Shown: positions 1 to 10,175, numbered from the stretch's first letter. The stretch: 64,000 nucleotides of DNA from Candidatus Magasanikiibacteriota bacterium (GCA_041678665.1 JBAYNU010000004.1:12863-76862); one strand, 5' to 3'. Notes: generated from the letters alone by a model not told the origin. A program made the numbers and translations.

Positions 1-1368
1 GTCGGTGATGGGTTTAAACTCACTAAATTAGCGGGCGCGTATTGGAGGGGTGACGAAAAAAATAAGATGCTTACTCGCATCTACGGCGTGGCATTTGAAA
101 ACAGAGAAAAATTAGATGAGTATTTGCATCAGCAAGAAGAAGCCGAAAAACGCGATCATCGTAAATTGGGAGCGGATTTGGATTTGTTTGTTTTTTCCGA
201 TTTAGTGGGCAAAGGCTTACCCCTGCTTACTCCCAAGGGTACGGTGATTCGCAAAGAATTGGAAAAATTTGTCTATGAAGAGGAAACTAAACGGGGCTAT
301 CAACATGTGATAACTCCGCATTTAGCCAAAGTCCAGCTTTATGAAAAATCCGGCCATTATCCGTATTACAAAGATACGATGTATCCGATAATGAAGGTTG
401 ATGACGATGAGTTAATTCTGCGTCCGATGACTTGCCCTCATCATTTTATGCTTTATAATAGTCGTCCGCGTAGTTATCGCGAACTACCTTTGCGTATTGC
501 CGAGATGGCTTCGCAATTTCGTTACGAAAAGAGTGGTGAACTTTCGGGGTTGATGCGCGTTAGAACTTTTTGTTTAGCGGATGCTCATATTATCGTGATG
601 CCGGATCAGGCGGCCGATGAAATTAAACGCGTATTAGATTTGATTGATTATGCCAACCAGGTTTTTGGTTTGAAAAAAGGCGAAGATTATCGTTATCGGT
701 TGTCTTTGGGCGATAGAAGTGAAGATAAAAAATATTACAAAGATGACGCGGCGTGGGATCAAGCCGAGAATGTCTTGCGCACAGTGTTAAAAGAAACGGA
801 CGCGCCGTTTTTTGAAGCCCAAGGTGAAGCCGCCTTTTATGGACCAAAGATTGATGTACAAATTAAGAAAGTCAGCGGTCACGAAGAAACGGCTTTTACA
901 GTGCAATATGATTTTGTAATGCCCAAGCGGTTTGATCTGAAATATATTGATAAAGATGGGCAGGAGAAACAGCCGTTGGTTATTCACCGTTCATCCATTG
1001 GCTGTTTTGAGCGTACTATGGCATTTTTGATTGAGCGTTATGCGGGCGCGTTTCCAGTGTGGCTTGCTCCGGTGCAAGTCCAGCTGATTCCAGTATCAGC
1101 TGAGAATCACGCGGAAGGCGCGTGTAAATTGAAACAGGAGTTGCGTGCCTTGGGAATCCGCGTGGAGGTGGACGATGCCAATGAAACTTTGGGCAATAGA
1201 GTGCGTAAAGCGGTAGGACAAAAAATTCCTTACATTTTGGCGGTAGGCGACAAAGAACTTGGTGGCGAAGAATGGATGATTCGTATTCGTGGGCAAGAGA
1301 AACAGGAAAAGATGAGTAAAGAAAAGTTTGTTGAGAAAATTTTGGCGGAGATTAAAGAGAGAAAATAA
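1..1368 (+). CDS. thrS: Threonyl-tRNA synthetase, 5'-partial (reading frame is open back to window position 1)
   Basis: Translation from nt 1 reads ...AGAYWRGDEKNKMLTRIYGVAFE..., continuing a class II aaRS catalytic core (HHFMLYNSRPRSYRELPL) and a C-terminal anticodon-binding domain. No stop codon upstream of the annotated Met at 67. Confidence 0.9.
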   Translation, partial: VGDGFKLTKLAGAYWRGDEKNKMLTRIYGVAFENREKLDEYLHQQEEAEKRDHRKLGADLDLFVFSDLVGKGLPLLTPKGTVIRKELEKFVYEEETKRGYQHVITPHLAKVQLYEKSGHYPYYKDTMYPIMKVDDDELILRPMTCPHHFMLYNSRPRSYRELPLRIAEMASQFRYEKSGELSGLMRVRTFCLADAHIIVMPDQAADEIKRVLDLIDYANQVFGLKKGEDYRYRLSLGDRSEDKKYYKDDAAWDQAENVLRTVLKETDAPFFEAQGEAAFYGPKIDVQIKKVSGHEETAFTVQYDFVMPKRFDLKYIDKDGQEKQPLVIHRSSIGCFERTMAFLIERYAGAFPVWLAPVQVQLIPVSAENHAEGACKLKQELRALGIRVEVDDANETLGNRVRKAVGQKIPYILAVGDKELGGEEWMIRIRGQEKQEKMSKEKFVEKILAEIKERK

Positions 1369-1374
1369 TATTTT

Positions 1375-1400
1375 CAAGACGCCTTTCAAAGGCGTCTTTG
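1375..1400 (+). terminator. Hairpin after thrS (AAGACGCC-loop-GGCGTCTT) with a short T tract
   Basis: Inverted repeat seen directly in the sequence; the U-run is weak. Confidence 0.4.
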
Positions 1401-1404
1401 GTCT

Positions 1405-2769
1405 ATGAGTAAAAATTTTTATATTCTTACCCTTGGTTGTCAGATGAATAAAAACGATTCCGAAAGAATTGTTGGGTTGTTGTTGTCGATTGGCATGAGC
1501 CAAGCGACCAAAGCCGAAGAAGCGGATTTAATTATTGTGAATACTTGCAGTGTGCGCCAAACCGCCGAAGAGCGGGTGACCGGGTTTTTTCATAATTGGA
1601 AGGAGCTGAAAAAGAAAAATCCTCTTTTAATTATTGCCATTACCGGTTGTATGCCCGGACGAGATAAGGATGGTAAAATTAAGAAAAAATATCCGGATGT
1701 GGATTTGTGGTTTGGAATAGATGCGTTGCCGCAGTTGCCTAAATGGTTGGAAGGACTTGGTCTGGATTGTCATTCTGAGCCATGCCTACCGGCAGGCAGG
1801 CGAAGCCCGCAGGGCGGAGTCGAAGAATCTATCGGCGATTACCTACAAATTATCCCCCGACGAGATAATCGCTCTTCAGTTTTCGTCTCCATCCAAACCG
1901 GTTGTGATAATTTTTGCACTTATTGCGTAGTGCCCAGCGCGCGCGGCCGCGAAAGGAATCGGCCACTTAAAGATATTCTGGAAGAGGTGAGGCAAGCGGT
2001 AGCGCAAGGCGCAAAAGAGATTATATTATTAGGGCAAGTGGTGAATCATTATAAAATCAAAGATGAAAAATCAAAAATAAAAAATAGTCCATTTAAGGAT
2101 GATTTTGCGGTTTTGCTTTGGGAGATAAATCAGATTTCGGGTGAATTTCGGGTGCATTTTACGGCGGCTGATCCGCAGTATTTTAGTGATGAGCAAATTG
2201 AGGCGCTTAAACTTTCCAAACAAGTGAATTATTTACATTTGCCGGTGCAAAGTGGGGATAATGAAGTTTTAAAAAAGATGAATCGTAAATATACACGCGA
2301 GCAGTACATTGAGTTGGTTAAAAAAATTCGTGTGGCGCGGCCGGGTATTGTATTGGGGACAGATATTATTGTTGGTTTTTGCGGGGAAACCGAAGACCAG
2401 TTTCAAAAGACTTTTGATTTATATCGGGAGTGTGATTTTGATATTTCTTATCATGCTATGTATAGCGAGCGTAGCGGTACCCCCGCGGCCAAGGTATTTA
2501 AAGATGATGTGTCATATGCCAAGAAAAAACGACGCTGGGATATTTTGCAAGAGTATATGGAACAGCGGACTTTGGAGAAGAATCAGAAGTATTTGGGGCA
2601 AACAGTGCGGGTGCTTGTGAACGAATTTGAAGATGGTGTGTGTTTTGGAAATAGTGATGAGTTGAAGTTGGCGCAATTTTTAGGCAAGCCAGAGACGGTC
2701 GGCACTTTTCAAAAAATAAAAATCACCCAAGCATTGGCTTGGGTATTGAGAGGTGTTTATGAAAAATAA
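1405..2769 (+). CDS. miaB: Radical-SAM methylthiotransferase (MiaB-type tRNA-i6A37 methylthiotransferase)
   Basis: MTTase N-domain (LTLGCQMNKNDSE...NTCSVR), radical SAM CxxxCxxC (QTGCDNFCTYCVVP) and TRAM-like C-terminus. Overlaps miaA by 17 nt. Carries an in-frame copy of repeat family A at 1769-1830. Confidence 0.85.
   Translation: MSKNFYILTLGCQMNKNDSERIVGLLLSIGMSQATKAEEADLIIVNTCSVRQTAEERVTGFFHNWKELKKKNPLLIIAITGCMPGRDKDGKIKKKYPDVDLWFGIDALPQLPKWLEGLGLDCHSEPCLPAGRRSPQGGVEESIGDYLQIIPRRDNRSSVFVSIQTGCDNFCTYCVVPSARGRERNRPLKDILEEVRQAVAQGAKEIILLGQVVNHYKIKDEKSKIKNSPFKDDFAVLLWEINQISGEFRVHFTAADPQYFSDEQIEALKLSKQVNYLHLPVQSGDNEVLKKMNRKYTREQYIELVKKIRVARPGIVLGTDIIVGFCGETEDQFQKTFDLYRECDFDISYHAMYSERSGTPAAKVFKDDVSYAKKKRRWDILQEYMEQRTLEKNQKYLGQTVRVLVNEFEDGVCFGNSDELKLAQFLGKPETVGTFQKIKITQALAWVLRGVYEK
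1769..1830 (+). repeat. Repeat family A copy A1 (GTCATTCTGAGC...GGAGTCGAAGAATC), in frame inside miaB
   Basis: Shares its terminal motif and internal GGAGTCGAAGAATC with copies at 18628, 38241, 39432, 61717, 40069 and 10122. Encodes CHSEPCLPAGRRSPQGGVEES. The alternative frame gives the VILS...ESKNL peptide of ORF 1721..1930. Confidence 0.7.
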
Positions 2770-3724
2770 TTTACCAAAAGTATTAATTATTTTAGGTCCA
2801 ACTGCTTCCGGTAAAACGGAGTGGGGAATTAAGATTGCCCAAAAATATAATGGAGAAGTAGTGAGTGCGGACAGCCGGCAGGTTTATAAAGGAATGGATA
2901 TTGGCACTGCCAAACCAAGCGGAGTTAAAAGTTCAAAGTTGAAAGTTATCAAGAGCGGCGAACAGACGCGTCATAACGACGGGCATATCTATATTGTTGA
3001 AGGCATTCCACATCACTTGATGGATATAATAGAGCCAGATGAAGAATTCACTCTGGCGGATTTTAAGAAACGAGCCGTGGTAGTCATTGAGGATATTTTG
3101 AAACGCGGCAAATTGCCGATTATAGTGGGCGGTACCGGGTTATATATACAAGCGCTCGTGGATAATTTAGATATACCCAAAGTGGCGCCTAATTTAAAAT
3201 TGCGTGCTGATTTGGAAAAGAAATCATTATCCGAGCTGGTGGAAATATTAAAAAATATTGATTCGGAAAGCGCTAAAAAAATTGATTTGCATAATCCTCG
3301 GCGCGTGTTGCGCGCGCTAGAAGTGGTATTGGACAGCGGAGGATCATTCGCGCGTCAGCAGAAAAAAGGTTCGGTTTTATATGATGCTTTGCAGATAGGG
3401 ATTCCTTTGCCGCGCGAAGAGCTGTATAGCCGAATTAACGCGCGGGTGGATAAACAAATAGCTGACGGACTTTTGGAAGAAACAAAAAAACTGGTCAAAA
3501 AATTTGATTGGAAGTTGCCCGGTATGAGCGGTATTGGGTATAAACAAATTGGATATTTTTTGCGTGGTGAAATGAGTTTATCAGCGGCAATAGAAATATT
3601 AAAAAGAGATACTCGCCACTATGCCAAAAGGCAAATGACTTGGTTTAAAAGAGATAAACGAATAAATTGGCTGGAAAATTATCAGCAAGCTGAAAAGTTA
3701 GTGGAAGGTTTTTTGCGAGATTGA
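2753..3724 (+). CDS. miaA: tRNA dimethylallyltransferase
   Basis: P-loop GPTASGKT, SADSRQVYKGMDIGTAKP motif. Adjacent to and overlapping miaB. Confidence 0.9.
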   Translation: MFMKNNLPKVLIILGPTASGKTEWGIKIAQKYNGEVVSADSRQVYKGMDIGTAKPSGVKSSKLKVIKSGEQTRHNDGHIYIVEGIPHHLMDIIEPDEEFTLADFKKRAVVVIEDILKRGKLPIIVGGTGLYIQALVDNLDIPKVAPNLKLRADLEKKSLSELVEILKNIDSESAKKIDLHNPRRVLRALEVVLDSGGSFARQQKKGSVLYDALQIGIPLPREELYSRINARVDKQIADGLLEETKKLVKKFDWKLPGMSGIGYKQIGYFLRGEMSLSAAIEILKRDTRHYAKRQMTWFKRDKRINWLENYQQAEKLVEGFLRD

Positions 3725-3733
3725 CATTAAACT

Positions 3734-3764
3734 AAAACGCCCAATTTTAAATCGGGCGTTTTAG
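3734..3764. terminator. Bidirectional hairpin AAACGCCC-loop-GGGCGTTT between convergent miaA and rel
   Basis: 8-bp perfect stem flanked by A/T runs on both sides. Confidence 0.6.
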
Positions 3765-3770
3765 TTTAGA

Positions 3771-5279
3771 TTATTTATTTTTTCCCGGCAGTATCGATTT
3801 CAGCCATTCCAGTTTTGATTTATTTAAGCTATTTTTGATATGTATTTTGGCGCCGTGAGTTTTAACTGATTTAAGCCAATCAGGACTGGGTCCTTTGCGG
3901 TCTTTGCTAATTATAATATCTATTACGTCGCCATTTTTTAAAGGAGTATTAAGGCTCACTAATTGATCATTGACTTTGGCGCCACTGCAGTGGTCGCCGA
4001 TATCGGTATGAATATGATAAGCAAAGTCAACCGGCGTGGCATCCTCGGGCAGGTCGATAACGTCGCCTTTAGGAGTAAATACGAAAATGTGATTTCGGAA
4101 AAAATCTATTTTCATTTCTTCCAAATCGGAGAGATTATTAAGAATTTCTTTTTGCAGTTTAGCCAATTCTTTTGCCCAAGAAATATTTTTATTAGGCAGT
4201 CGTTTACCGTGTTCATCATAATGCCAATGAGCAGCCGCACCATATTCGGCGTCATCATGCATTTCTTGAGTGCGAATTTGAAATTCCATTATTTTACCAT
4301 TTTCGCCAAAGACGGTAGTGTGAAGAGATTGATAGCCGTTGGGTTTGGGTTGGGCGACATAGTCTTTAATACGGCCTTTGAGGGGGTGCCAAAGCTGGTG
4401 GACAATTCCTAAAGTGGCATAACAATCACTGATATCTTTCACAATGATTCTTAGAGCGATAATATCATAAATTTTGTCTATTTCCCAGTTTTTAGTAAGT
4501 AATTTTTGGTATAGGCTATATAATTGTTTTTCACGATTATGCAAAGAAAATACGGTAATGCCGGATTTTTTTAATTCATGATTAAGCTTGTGTTTGGTTT
4601 TTTCCAAAGTTTGAGAAGAGTTTTTGAGAACTTCTTCTCTGATGGCTTTTACTTTTTCATATTCTTTAGGGTAAATATAAGGGAAAGATAAATCTTCCAG
4701 CATTCCTTTAAATTCACCCATACCCAGGCGATTAGCGATGGGAGCGTAAATTTCTAGACTTTCCAAAGCGATGCGATAGCGCTTGTTGGGCTGGTGGGCT
4801 TCCAGTGTCATTAAATTGTGAACGCGGTCGGCAAATTTGACTATCATCACGCGCACATCTTCGGCCATGGCCACAAACATTTTTCGTAAATTTTCTATAT
4901 AGCGTTCAATACCGCGATATTTGAGAGTGCCAAGTTTGGTAATTCCTTTGACAATCGAGGCGATATCTTTGCCAAATTTTTTTTCAATTTCTTCCAAAGT
5001 TATTTTTGTGTCTTCCGGCACATCATGTAGCAGGGCCGCGGCGATAATACTCGGTTCAATTCTCATGGTGGTTAAAATATGAGCGGCGGCCAGAGGATGA
5101 TTAATATATAACTCGCCTGATTTACGGGTTTGGCCGGTATGAGCTTGAAAGGCAAAATCATAAGCAGACCGAACAAGATTAAGATCTTTTTGGTCGCTGT
5201 ATTTTTTTAGTTCTTTTAGTAGCAATTCAATGTCTAAATTTTGAGGAATTGCTATCATAATATTATTTTTTATATCCAC
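3771..5279 (-). CDS. rel: Small RelA/SpoT-family (p)ppGpp synthetase/hydrolase (HD + synthetase + TGS domains)
   Basis: HD hydrolase motif HTGQTRKSGELYINHPLAAAHIL..HDVPEDT, RelA/SpoT synthetase core and a C-terminal TGS-like segment. 502 aa, so it lacks the long ACT-containing tail. Confidence 0.85.
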   Translation of the reverse strand: MDIKNNIMIAIPQNLDIELLLKELKKYSDQKDLNLVRSAYDFAFQAHTGQTRKSGELYINHPLAAAHILTTMRIEPSIIAAALLHDVPEDTKITLEEIEKKFGKDIASIVKGITKLGTLKYRGIERYIENLRKMFVAMAEDVRVMIVKFADRVHNLMTLEAHQPNKRYRIALESLEIYAPIANRLGMGEFKGMLEDLSFPYIYPKEYEKVKAIREEVLKNSSQTLEKTKHKLNHELKKSGITVFSLHNREKQLYSLYQKLLTKNWEIDKIYDIIALRIIVKDISDCYATLGIVHQLWHPLKGRIKDYVAQPKPNGYQSLHTTVFGENGKIMEFQIRTQEMHDDAEYGAAAHWHYDEHGKRLPNKNISWAKELAKLQKEILNNLSDLEEMKIDFFRNHIFVFTPKGDVIDLPEDATPVDFAYHIHTDIGDHCSGAKVNDQLVSLNTPLKNGDVIDIIISKDRKGPSPDWLKSVKTHGAKIHIKNSLNKSKLEWLKSILPGKNK

Positions 5280-7596
5280 AACCTTTTTGGCTACATTTTG
5301 CGCCTCCTTTAATATTTTCTACGAGATAAGATTCGCATTCCGGACATTTTTCTCCGGTTGGTTTTCCGCTGAAAGCGGTTTTGCAATCCGGATAACGATT
5401 GCAGGCATAAAACGGTCCGCGTCGCGATCGTTTTTGGACAATTTCACCCTGACCGCAAACGGGGCATTTGATGCCAGTAGAAGTATTTTGGTCGATGATG
5501 CTTTTAATATTTTTACATTTAGGATAGCCACTGCAAGCGAGAAAAGGTCCAAAGCGTCCGATTTTAACAATCATTTCCGCATCGCATTTTTCACATTTAG
5601 CGCCAGCATGTTTTTCTTTTAGCGCTTTTATTTGTTCGGAATCTTCTTGGCCATTCTTATCCCGATCGGATCCGGGCATAGGTTTAATATTTTTACAATC
5701 GGGGTAGCTGGAGCAAGCCAGGAATTTGCCATACCTACCCATTTTAATAACCATCGGACTTTGACATTTGTCACAGATTTCATCGGATTTTTCTTCGGTT
5801 AAATCTTTTTTATTTAGTTCTTTGTCTTTGGCTGTTAAATTTTTTTTGAATGGAGTATAAAAATTCGCTATTAATTTTTTCCATTTTTCTTCACCGCGCG
5901 CTACCTTGTCAAAATTTTCTTCCATTTGAGCAGTAAATTCCAAATCTACGATTTGTGGAAAGTGGGCAACCAAAAGGTCATTAACCACAAATGCAATCTC
6001 TTTGGGGGCCAAACGTTTTTGGTCGTTGCGTTCTACATAACCGCGGTCTTCAATGGTGGCGATAGTGGGAGCGTAGGTGGATGGTCGGCCGATACCATAT
6101 TCCTCGAGTGCTTTGACCAAAGTGGCATCGGAATAGCGCGCCGGTGGTTCGGTAAAATGTTGTTCTGGTTTGATTTCTGTGCAGTTTACTGTCGCGCCAC
6201 TTTTTATTACCGGCAAGAGGTTTTCTTTGGATTTGTCGGGATATAATTTTAAAAATCCTTCAAAAATAATTGTTTGACCGGTGGCGCGAAAAGTATATTT
6301 ATTGGCACTTTCTATTTCAATTGTGGCGGCATTAAGTTCGGCCGGAGCCATTTGGGTAGCTATGGCACGACGCCAAATTAGATCATAAAGTTTGAGTTGG
6401 TGTTTATCTAGGAAGGGTGATAGTTCTTCGGGTGTGCGTCCAGCATCAGTGGGACGAATCGCTTCGTGTGCTTCCTGCGCATTTTTACTTTTATTTTTGT
6501 AGGTACGAGGAGTAGGCAGTGAGTATTTGTCGCCGAATTCTTTTTTAATGGTTTCGTTGGCTTCGCTTAAAAATTTTTCGGATAAATTAACCGAATCGGT
6601 ACGCATATAGGTAATTAGGCCGATCGAACCTTCTGATCCCAGCTCAATACCCTCGTAGAGTTGTTGAGCTAGACGCATGGTTTGCTTGGCAGAAAATCCG
6701 AGGCGGTTGTTGGCATCTTGTTGGAGAGCCGAAGTGGTAAATGGCGGCGACGGAAAACGTTTGGTATTTTTTTGGTCCACTGCTGTTACTATGTATTTAG
6801 TTTTTTCTAAATCAGCTAAAATTTTGTCTACCTGTTCTTTATTTTTAATATCTAATTTGTCTAATTTTTTTTCTTCAATGGCGTGTAGTTTGGCGGTAAA
6901 TATATTGTCATCCTGAGGCGGAACCGAAGGATCTAGATGTTTTGCCTTGCTCAACATGGCAGGGTTTTTTTCAGGATGACAATTGAACAATCCTTCGATA
7001 CTCCAGTATTCGTCGGATTTAAAATTTTGAATTTCACGTTCGCGTTCAACAACCAGACGCACTGCCACCGACTGTACTCGACCAGCCGAAAGTCCTTTGG
7101 CTACTTTGCGCCAGAGAAAGGGTGATAATTCATAGCCCACTAGGCGATCTAAAATACGTCGCGCTTGCTGGGCGTCTACCAGTTGCAAGTCGAGCGGGCG
7201 TGGATGTTTAAGAGCCTCATCGATGGCGTGTTTGGTGATTTCGTGAAACACGATGCGTTTTACTTTTTTAGGATCAATATTCAAAATACTGGCAAGATGC
7301 CAAGAAATAGCTTCACCTTCGCGGTCCTCATCAGTTGCAAATAATACCTCTTTGGTTTTTTTGGCCGCGTCTTTGAGTTCTTTGGCAACCGCCGCTTTTT
7401 CTTTGCTAACAATATATTGCGGTTCAAAATCGTTTTTGGTATCTACCCCCATTTTGCTTTTTGGCAAATCGCGTACGTGGCCATAAGAAGACTTGACGAC
7501 GAAGTCTTTACCAAGAAATTTGGTGATGGTTTTGGCTTTAGTGGGAGATTCGACAATTACCAGAGTTGGCATAGTGATATAATTAACAATGAACAA
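5263..7596 (-). CDS. topA: DNA topoisomerase I with multiple C-terminal zinc-ribbon repeats
   Basis: TOPRIM N-terminus MPTLVIVESPTKAKTI, type IA core, then several CxxC...CxxC ribbons. The true start may be the internal Met at about 7572. Confidence 0.9.
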   Translation of the reverse strand: MFIVNYITMPTLVIVESPTKAKTITKFLGKDFVVKSSYGHVRDLPKSKMGVDTKNDFEPQYIVSKEKAAVAKELKDAAKKTKEVLFATDEDREGEAISWHLASILNIDPKKVKRIVFHEITKHAIDEALKHPRPLDLQLVDAQQARRILDRLVGYELSPFLWRKVAKGLSAGRVQSVAVRLVVEREREIQNFKSDEYWSIEGLFNCHPEKNPAMLSKAKHLDPSVPPQDDNIFTAKLHAIEEKKLDKLDIKNKEQVDKILADLEKTKYIVTAVDQKNTKRFPSPPFTTSALQQDANNRLGFSAKQTMRLAQQLYEGIELGSEGSIGLITYMRTDSVNLSEKFLSEANETIKKEFGDKYSLPTPRTYKNKSKNAQEAHEAIRPTDAGRTPEELSPFLDKHQLKLYDLIWRRAIATQMAPAELNAATIEIESANKYTFRATGQTIIFEGFLKLYPDKSKENLLPVIKSGATVNCTEIKPEQHFTEPPARYSDATLVKALEEYGIGRPSTYAPTIATIEDRGYVERNDQKRLAPKEIAFVVNDLLVAHFPQIVDLEFTAQMEENFDKVARGEEKWKKLIANFYTPFKKNLTAKDKELNKKDLTEEKSDEICDKCQSPMVIKMGRYGKFLACSSYPDCKNIKPMPGSDRDKNGQEDSEQIKALKEKHAGAKCEKCDAEMIVKIGRFGPFLACSGYPKCKNIKSIIDQNTSTGIKCPVCGQGEIVQKRSRRGPFYACNRYPDCKTAFSGKPTGEKCPECESYLVENIKGGAKCSQKGCGYKK

Positions 7597-7637
7597 ATTG
7601 ATTGATTTGCTTGCTAATTGTTAATTGTTAATTAAAA
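7597..7637. repeat. Repeat family D copy D1 (TTAATTGTTAATTG-type A/T-rich repeat)
   Basis: Related copies at 8784-8837 and 9237-9268 (inside pth). Confidence 0.5.
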
Positions 7638-7694
7638 AATTTTATTTTATCTTATTTATACTATCCTATATCATTTTAGCCAAAAAGTCAATAT

Positions 7695-8780
7695 TTAACC
7701 CACTAAAATGTATTTCATACCCCCCAAATTACGCACCATGACGCGCATTTCCATTAAGGTAAGAGCGCTCATTACCGAAGGGCCATTTAACCCGGTCTCT
7801 TTGATGATTAAATCTACATGTTTTGGTTCCCGTGACAATATATCAATAATTTTTTCTTCAATGGGCGAAGCGGAAATTTTTTGTCGATTTTCTACCACTT
7901 GTTGAATGTTTTTTAAATTTAAAGCTTCAGTAATATCATTAGGAACGGTTACCATTTTGGCCCCTTGTTTTATTAAGTTATTACAACCTATACCAACAGA
8001 AGAAATAATAGTATGAGGTATGGCAAAAACTTCGCGATTGTAGTCCAAAGCACAGCTAGCGGTAATAAGGGTGCCAGACTCTTCGGCTGCTTCAATTACG
8101 AGAGTGCCAAGCGCTAGGCCGGCAATGATGCGGTTGCGAGCCGGGAAGGAATAGTTGGTAGCTTCAAATCCGGGCGGGTATTCAGATATTACCGCTCCCC
8201 CCGATGATATTATTCGTTCTGCCAGCTCTCTGTTGGTGGCAGGATAAATATGATTGTGGTCCACTCCCGATCCTAATACTGCCACGGTGATTCCTTGACC
8301 AGCCAAAGCCGCTTCGTGGGCGATGCCATCAATGCCAATTGCTAATCCGCTGACAATTACCATACCCTGTCGAGCTAATGGTTCTACGATTTGACGGCAA
8401 GATGAAGCTCCATATTGAGTGAACTTGCGTGCGCCCACTACAGCGAGAGTTGGCAAAGAGGAGTCTGGTAGTTTACCGCGGATAAAAAGAGTATGAGGCG
8501 GATCAGTTATTTCGGCAAGCAGTTTGGGATAATTAGGTTCACCTAAAGATACGGTAGTAATGCCTTCTTGAGCCATGCGTTCAGTAATTTTTTCGGTAGG
8601 ATTGGCTTCGCGCCAAGCGATGAATTCGTTGGCAATGTTTTCTTCCAACCCCGCCGCCACCATTTCGGGCAGTTCGGCTTCCCAAAGATTTTTTAAGTCC
8701 GAAAAATAAGCCGTTAACTTGCGATAACGGCTGTAAGTAATTTTGGGAAAGTGAGCGAGTGAAGCGTCAAAGTGAGACAT
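7695..8780 (-). CDS. dprA: DNA processing protein DprA/Smf
   Basis: Rossmann-like DprA core LAVVGARKFTQYG...SGLAIGIDGIAHEAAL...EYPPG. Confidence 0.85.
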   Translation of the reverse strand: MSHFDASLAHFPKITYSRYRKLTAYFSDLKNLWEAELPEMVAAGLEENIANEFIAWREANPTEKITERMAQEGITTVSLGEPNYPKLLAEITDPPHTLFIRGKLPDSSLPTLAVVGARKFTQYGASSCRQIVEPLARQGMVIVSGLAIGIDGIAHEAALAGQGITVAVLGSGVDHNHIYPATNRELAERIISSGGAVISEYPPGFEATNYSFPARNRIIAGLALGTLVIEAAEESGTLITASCALDYNREVFAIPHTIISSVGIGCNNLIKQGAKMVTVPNDITEALNLKNIQQVVENRQKISASPIEEKIIDILSREPKHVDLIIKETGLNGPSVMSALTLMEMRVMVRNLGGMKYILVG

Positions 8781-8783
8781 GGT

Positions 8784-8837
8784 GAAATTGCCAAATTGTT
8801 AAACTGTTAAATTGTTGTCACAAAACAATCTAATAAT
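8784..8837. repeat. Repeat family D copy D2
   Basis: caaattgttaaactgttaaattgttg; same family as 7597 and 9237. Confidence 0.45.
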
Positions 8838-9350
8838 TTAGCCATTTAACAATTTAATTATTTTTTCCATCACCTCGTTCAATATTTTTAGTTCTTCTTT
8901 GCTAAATTTTTCCAGCACAAAATTTGCTTTATCTTCGTATTTGTCCATCTCGGGTGTGGCGATGCCAACGCGGACACGGCGGAAGTTTTGTGTGCCGAGG
9001 TGTTCGATGATGGATTTAATGCCATTGTGCCCGGCCGGTCCGCGGTTGGTTTGGATTTTGTATTCGCCGAGCGGTATATCCTTGTCGTCGTGGATGACGA
9101 TAATATCTTCCGGTTTAATTTTGTAAAAATTCACGAGCGCCTGCACTGCCAAACCGGATTCATTCATGAAAGTTTGAGGCTTAGCAAGAATAAAATTTTT
9201 GTTTTTAGCCACCTCAGAACGTAATTTTTTGGTCTGGTTAATTGTTAATTGTTCATTGTTAATTAATTTATCCAACACCAAAAATCCCGCGTTGTGTCGC
9301 GTTTTTTCGTATTTTTTGCCAGGATTACCGAGACCGACGATAAGTTTCAT
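8838..9350 (-). CDS. pth: Peptidyl-tRNA hydrolase
   Basis: MKLIVGLGNPGKKYEKTRHNAGF signature. Contains the in-frame A/T-rich repeat D3 (peptide LINNEQLTINQTKK). Confidence 0.9.
   Translation of the reverse strand: MKLIVGLGNPGKKYEKTRHNAGFLVLDKLINNEQLTINQTKKLRSEVAKNKNFILAKPQTFMNESGLAVQALVNFYKIKPEDIIVIHDDKDIPLGEYKIQTNRGPAGHNGIKSIIEHLGTQNFRRVRVGIATPEMDKYEDKANFVLEKFSKEELKILNEVMEKIIKLLNG
9237..9268. repeat. Repeat family D copy D3, in frame inside pth
   Basis: ttaattgttaattgttcattgttaattaa. Confidence 0.45.
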
Positions 9351-9445
9351 ATTGGTAGATGTGGATAATTAGCTTGACATTAGTTTGAAGATGTCATATG
9401 ATATATGCAGATACACACGAAAAGTACCTCTCAAGGGTTAGTCCT

Positions 9446-10024
9446 TCAGCGGTGCTTTTTATTATACTCCAGTTTTTCTTTTAAGTTATTCATAAAAATA
9501 AGCTTTTCTTTGGCGGTATCCATTAATAAAGATGAGCAGGTTTGTTTATAAGGGCTCATTACTTTTTCTAATCTTTCATGTTGATACAAAAATTTAACTA
9601 AGGAACAAAAGTCACCGTCGCTGGTAATAATTAATGCTTTATCAAAATGGTTCTCATAAAAATCAATCATAGTTTGTACAACCAAATCGGCGTCAACATT
9701 GCCTTTGTGTTTACCGTCTTTGTCTGGTAATACCGGTTTGAATTTCAAAATGAAACCGGCTTTTTGAAGTGTATCGTAAAGATTTTGATTATTCTGAATA
9801 TAGCCAATAAAAATATAAGCAATCGAAATATTATATTTATCTTTCAAATAAACACGGAAACGAAAGTGGTCTAACTTCCAACCCAAGGATTTAATTCCAA
9901 GGTTTAAGTTTTGACCATCAATAAAGGCGTAATTGTTGGGGTGAGTGGGCATAAAGCGAAATCTTGGCCGTATTTTATCATAAAAACCATCCCTTGACAA
10001 ATAAAGTATCGGCTCCGCCGACAT
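9446..10024 (-). CDS. NYN/LabA-like (PIN-fold) domain protein
   Basis: AFIDGQNL...GNVDADLVVQ...ALIITSDGDF matches the NYN (PF01936) acidic-residue pattern. Confidence 0.6.
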   Translation of the reverse strand: MSAEPILYLSRDGFYDKIRPRFRFMPTHPNNYAFIDGQNLNLGIKSLGWKLDHFRFRVYLKDKYNISIAYIFIGYIQNNQNLYDTLQKAGFILKFKPVLPDKDGKHKGNVDADLVVQTMIDFYENHFDKALIITSDGDFCSLVKFLYQHERLEKVMSPYKQTCSSLLMDTAKEKLIFMNNLKEKLEYNKKHR

Positions 10025-10121
10025 ATTTATCTAATCGCCCTTCATTCCCGCCGCAAAGACAGGGTATTACGGGCTTCTAATAAAACCGACGCGGTTTAGG
10101 CGGCGGTTTATATGTGAATAG

Positions 10122-10160
10122 GTCCTTCGACTCGACCAAAGACCTCGCTCAGGATGACAT
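10122..10160. repeat. Repeat family A partial copy A6 (right arm ...GTCGAGTCGAAGGAC/CGCTCAGGATGACAT)
   Basis: Half-element; the left arm is degenerate. Confidence 0.4.
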
Positions 10161-10175
10161 CGCAATAATGTAATG

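Noticed and set aside
1721-1930. 69-aa ORF (…VILSHAYRQAGEARRAESKNL…)
   Set aside because: It is an alternative frame of repeat A1 and lies entirely inside miaB. It is the familiar VILSEAKNL-type artefact of this repeat family, not a gene.
3963-4412. 149-aa ORF antisense to rel (and similar antisense ORFs inside topA, der, clpC, dnaE, pgm, rny, infB, proS)
   Set aside because: These lie entirely within well-supported conserved genes on the opposite strand. They have hydrophobic or low-complexity composition typical of shadow frames.
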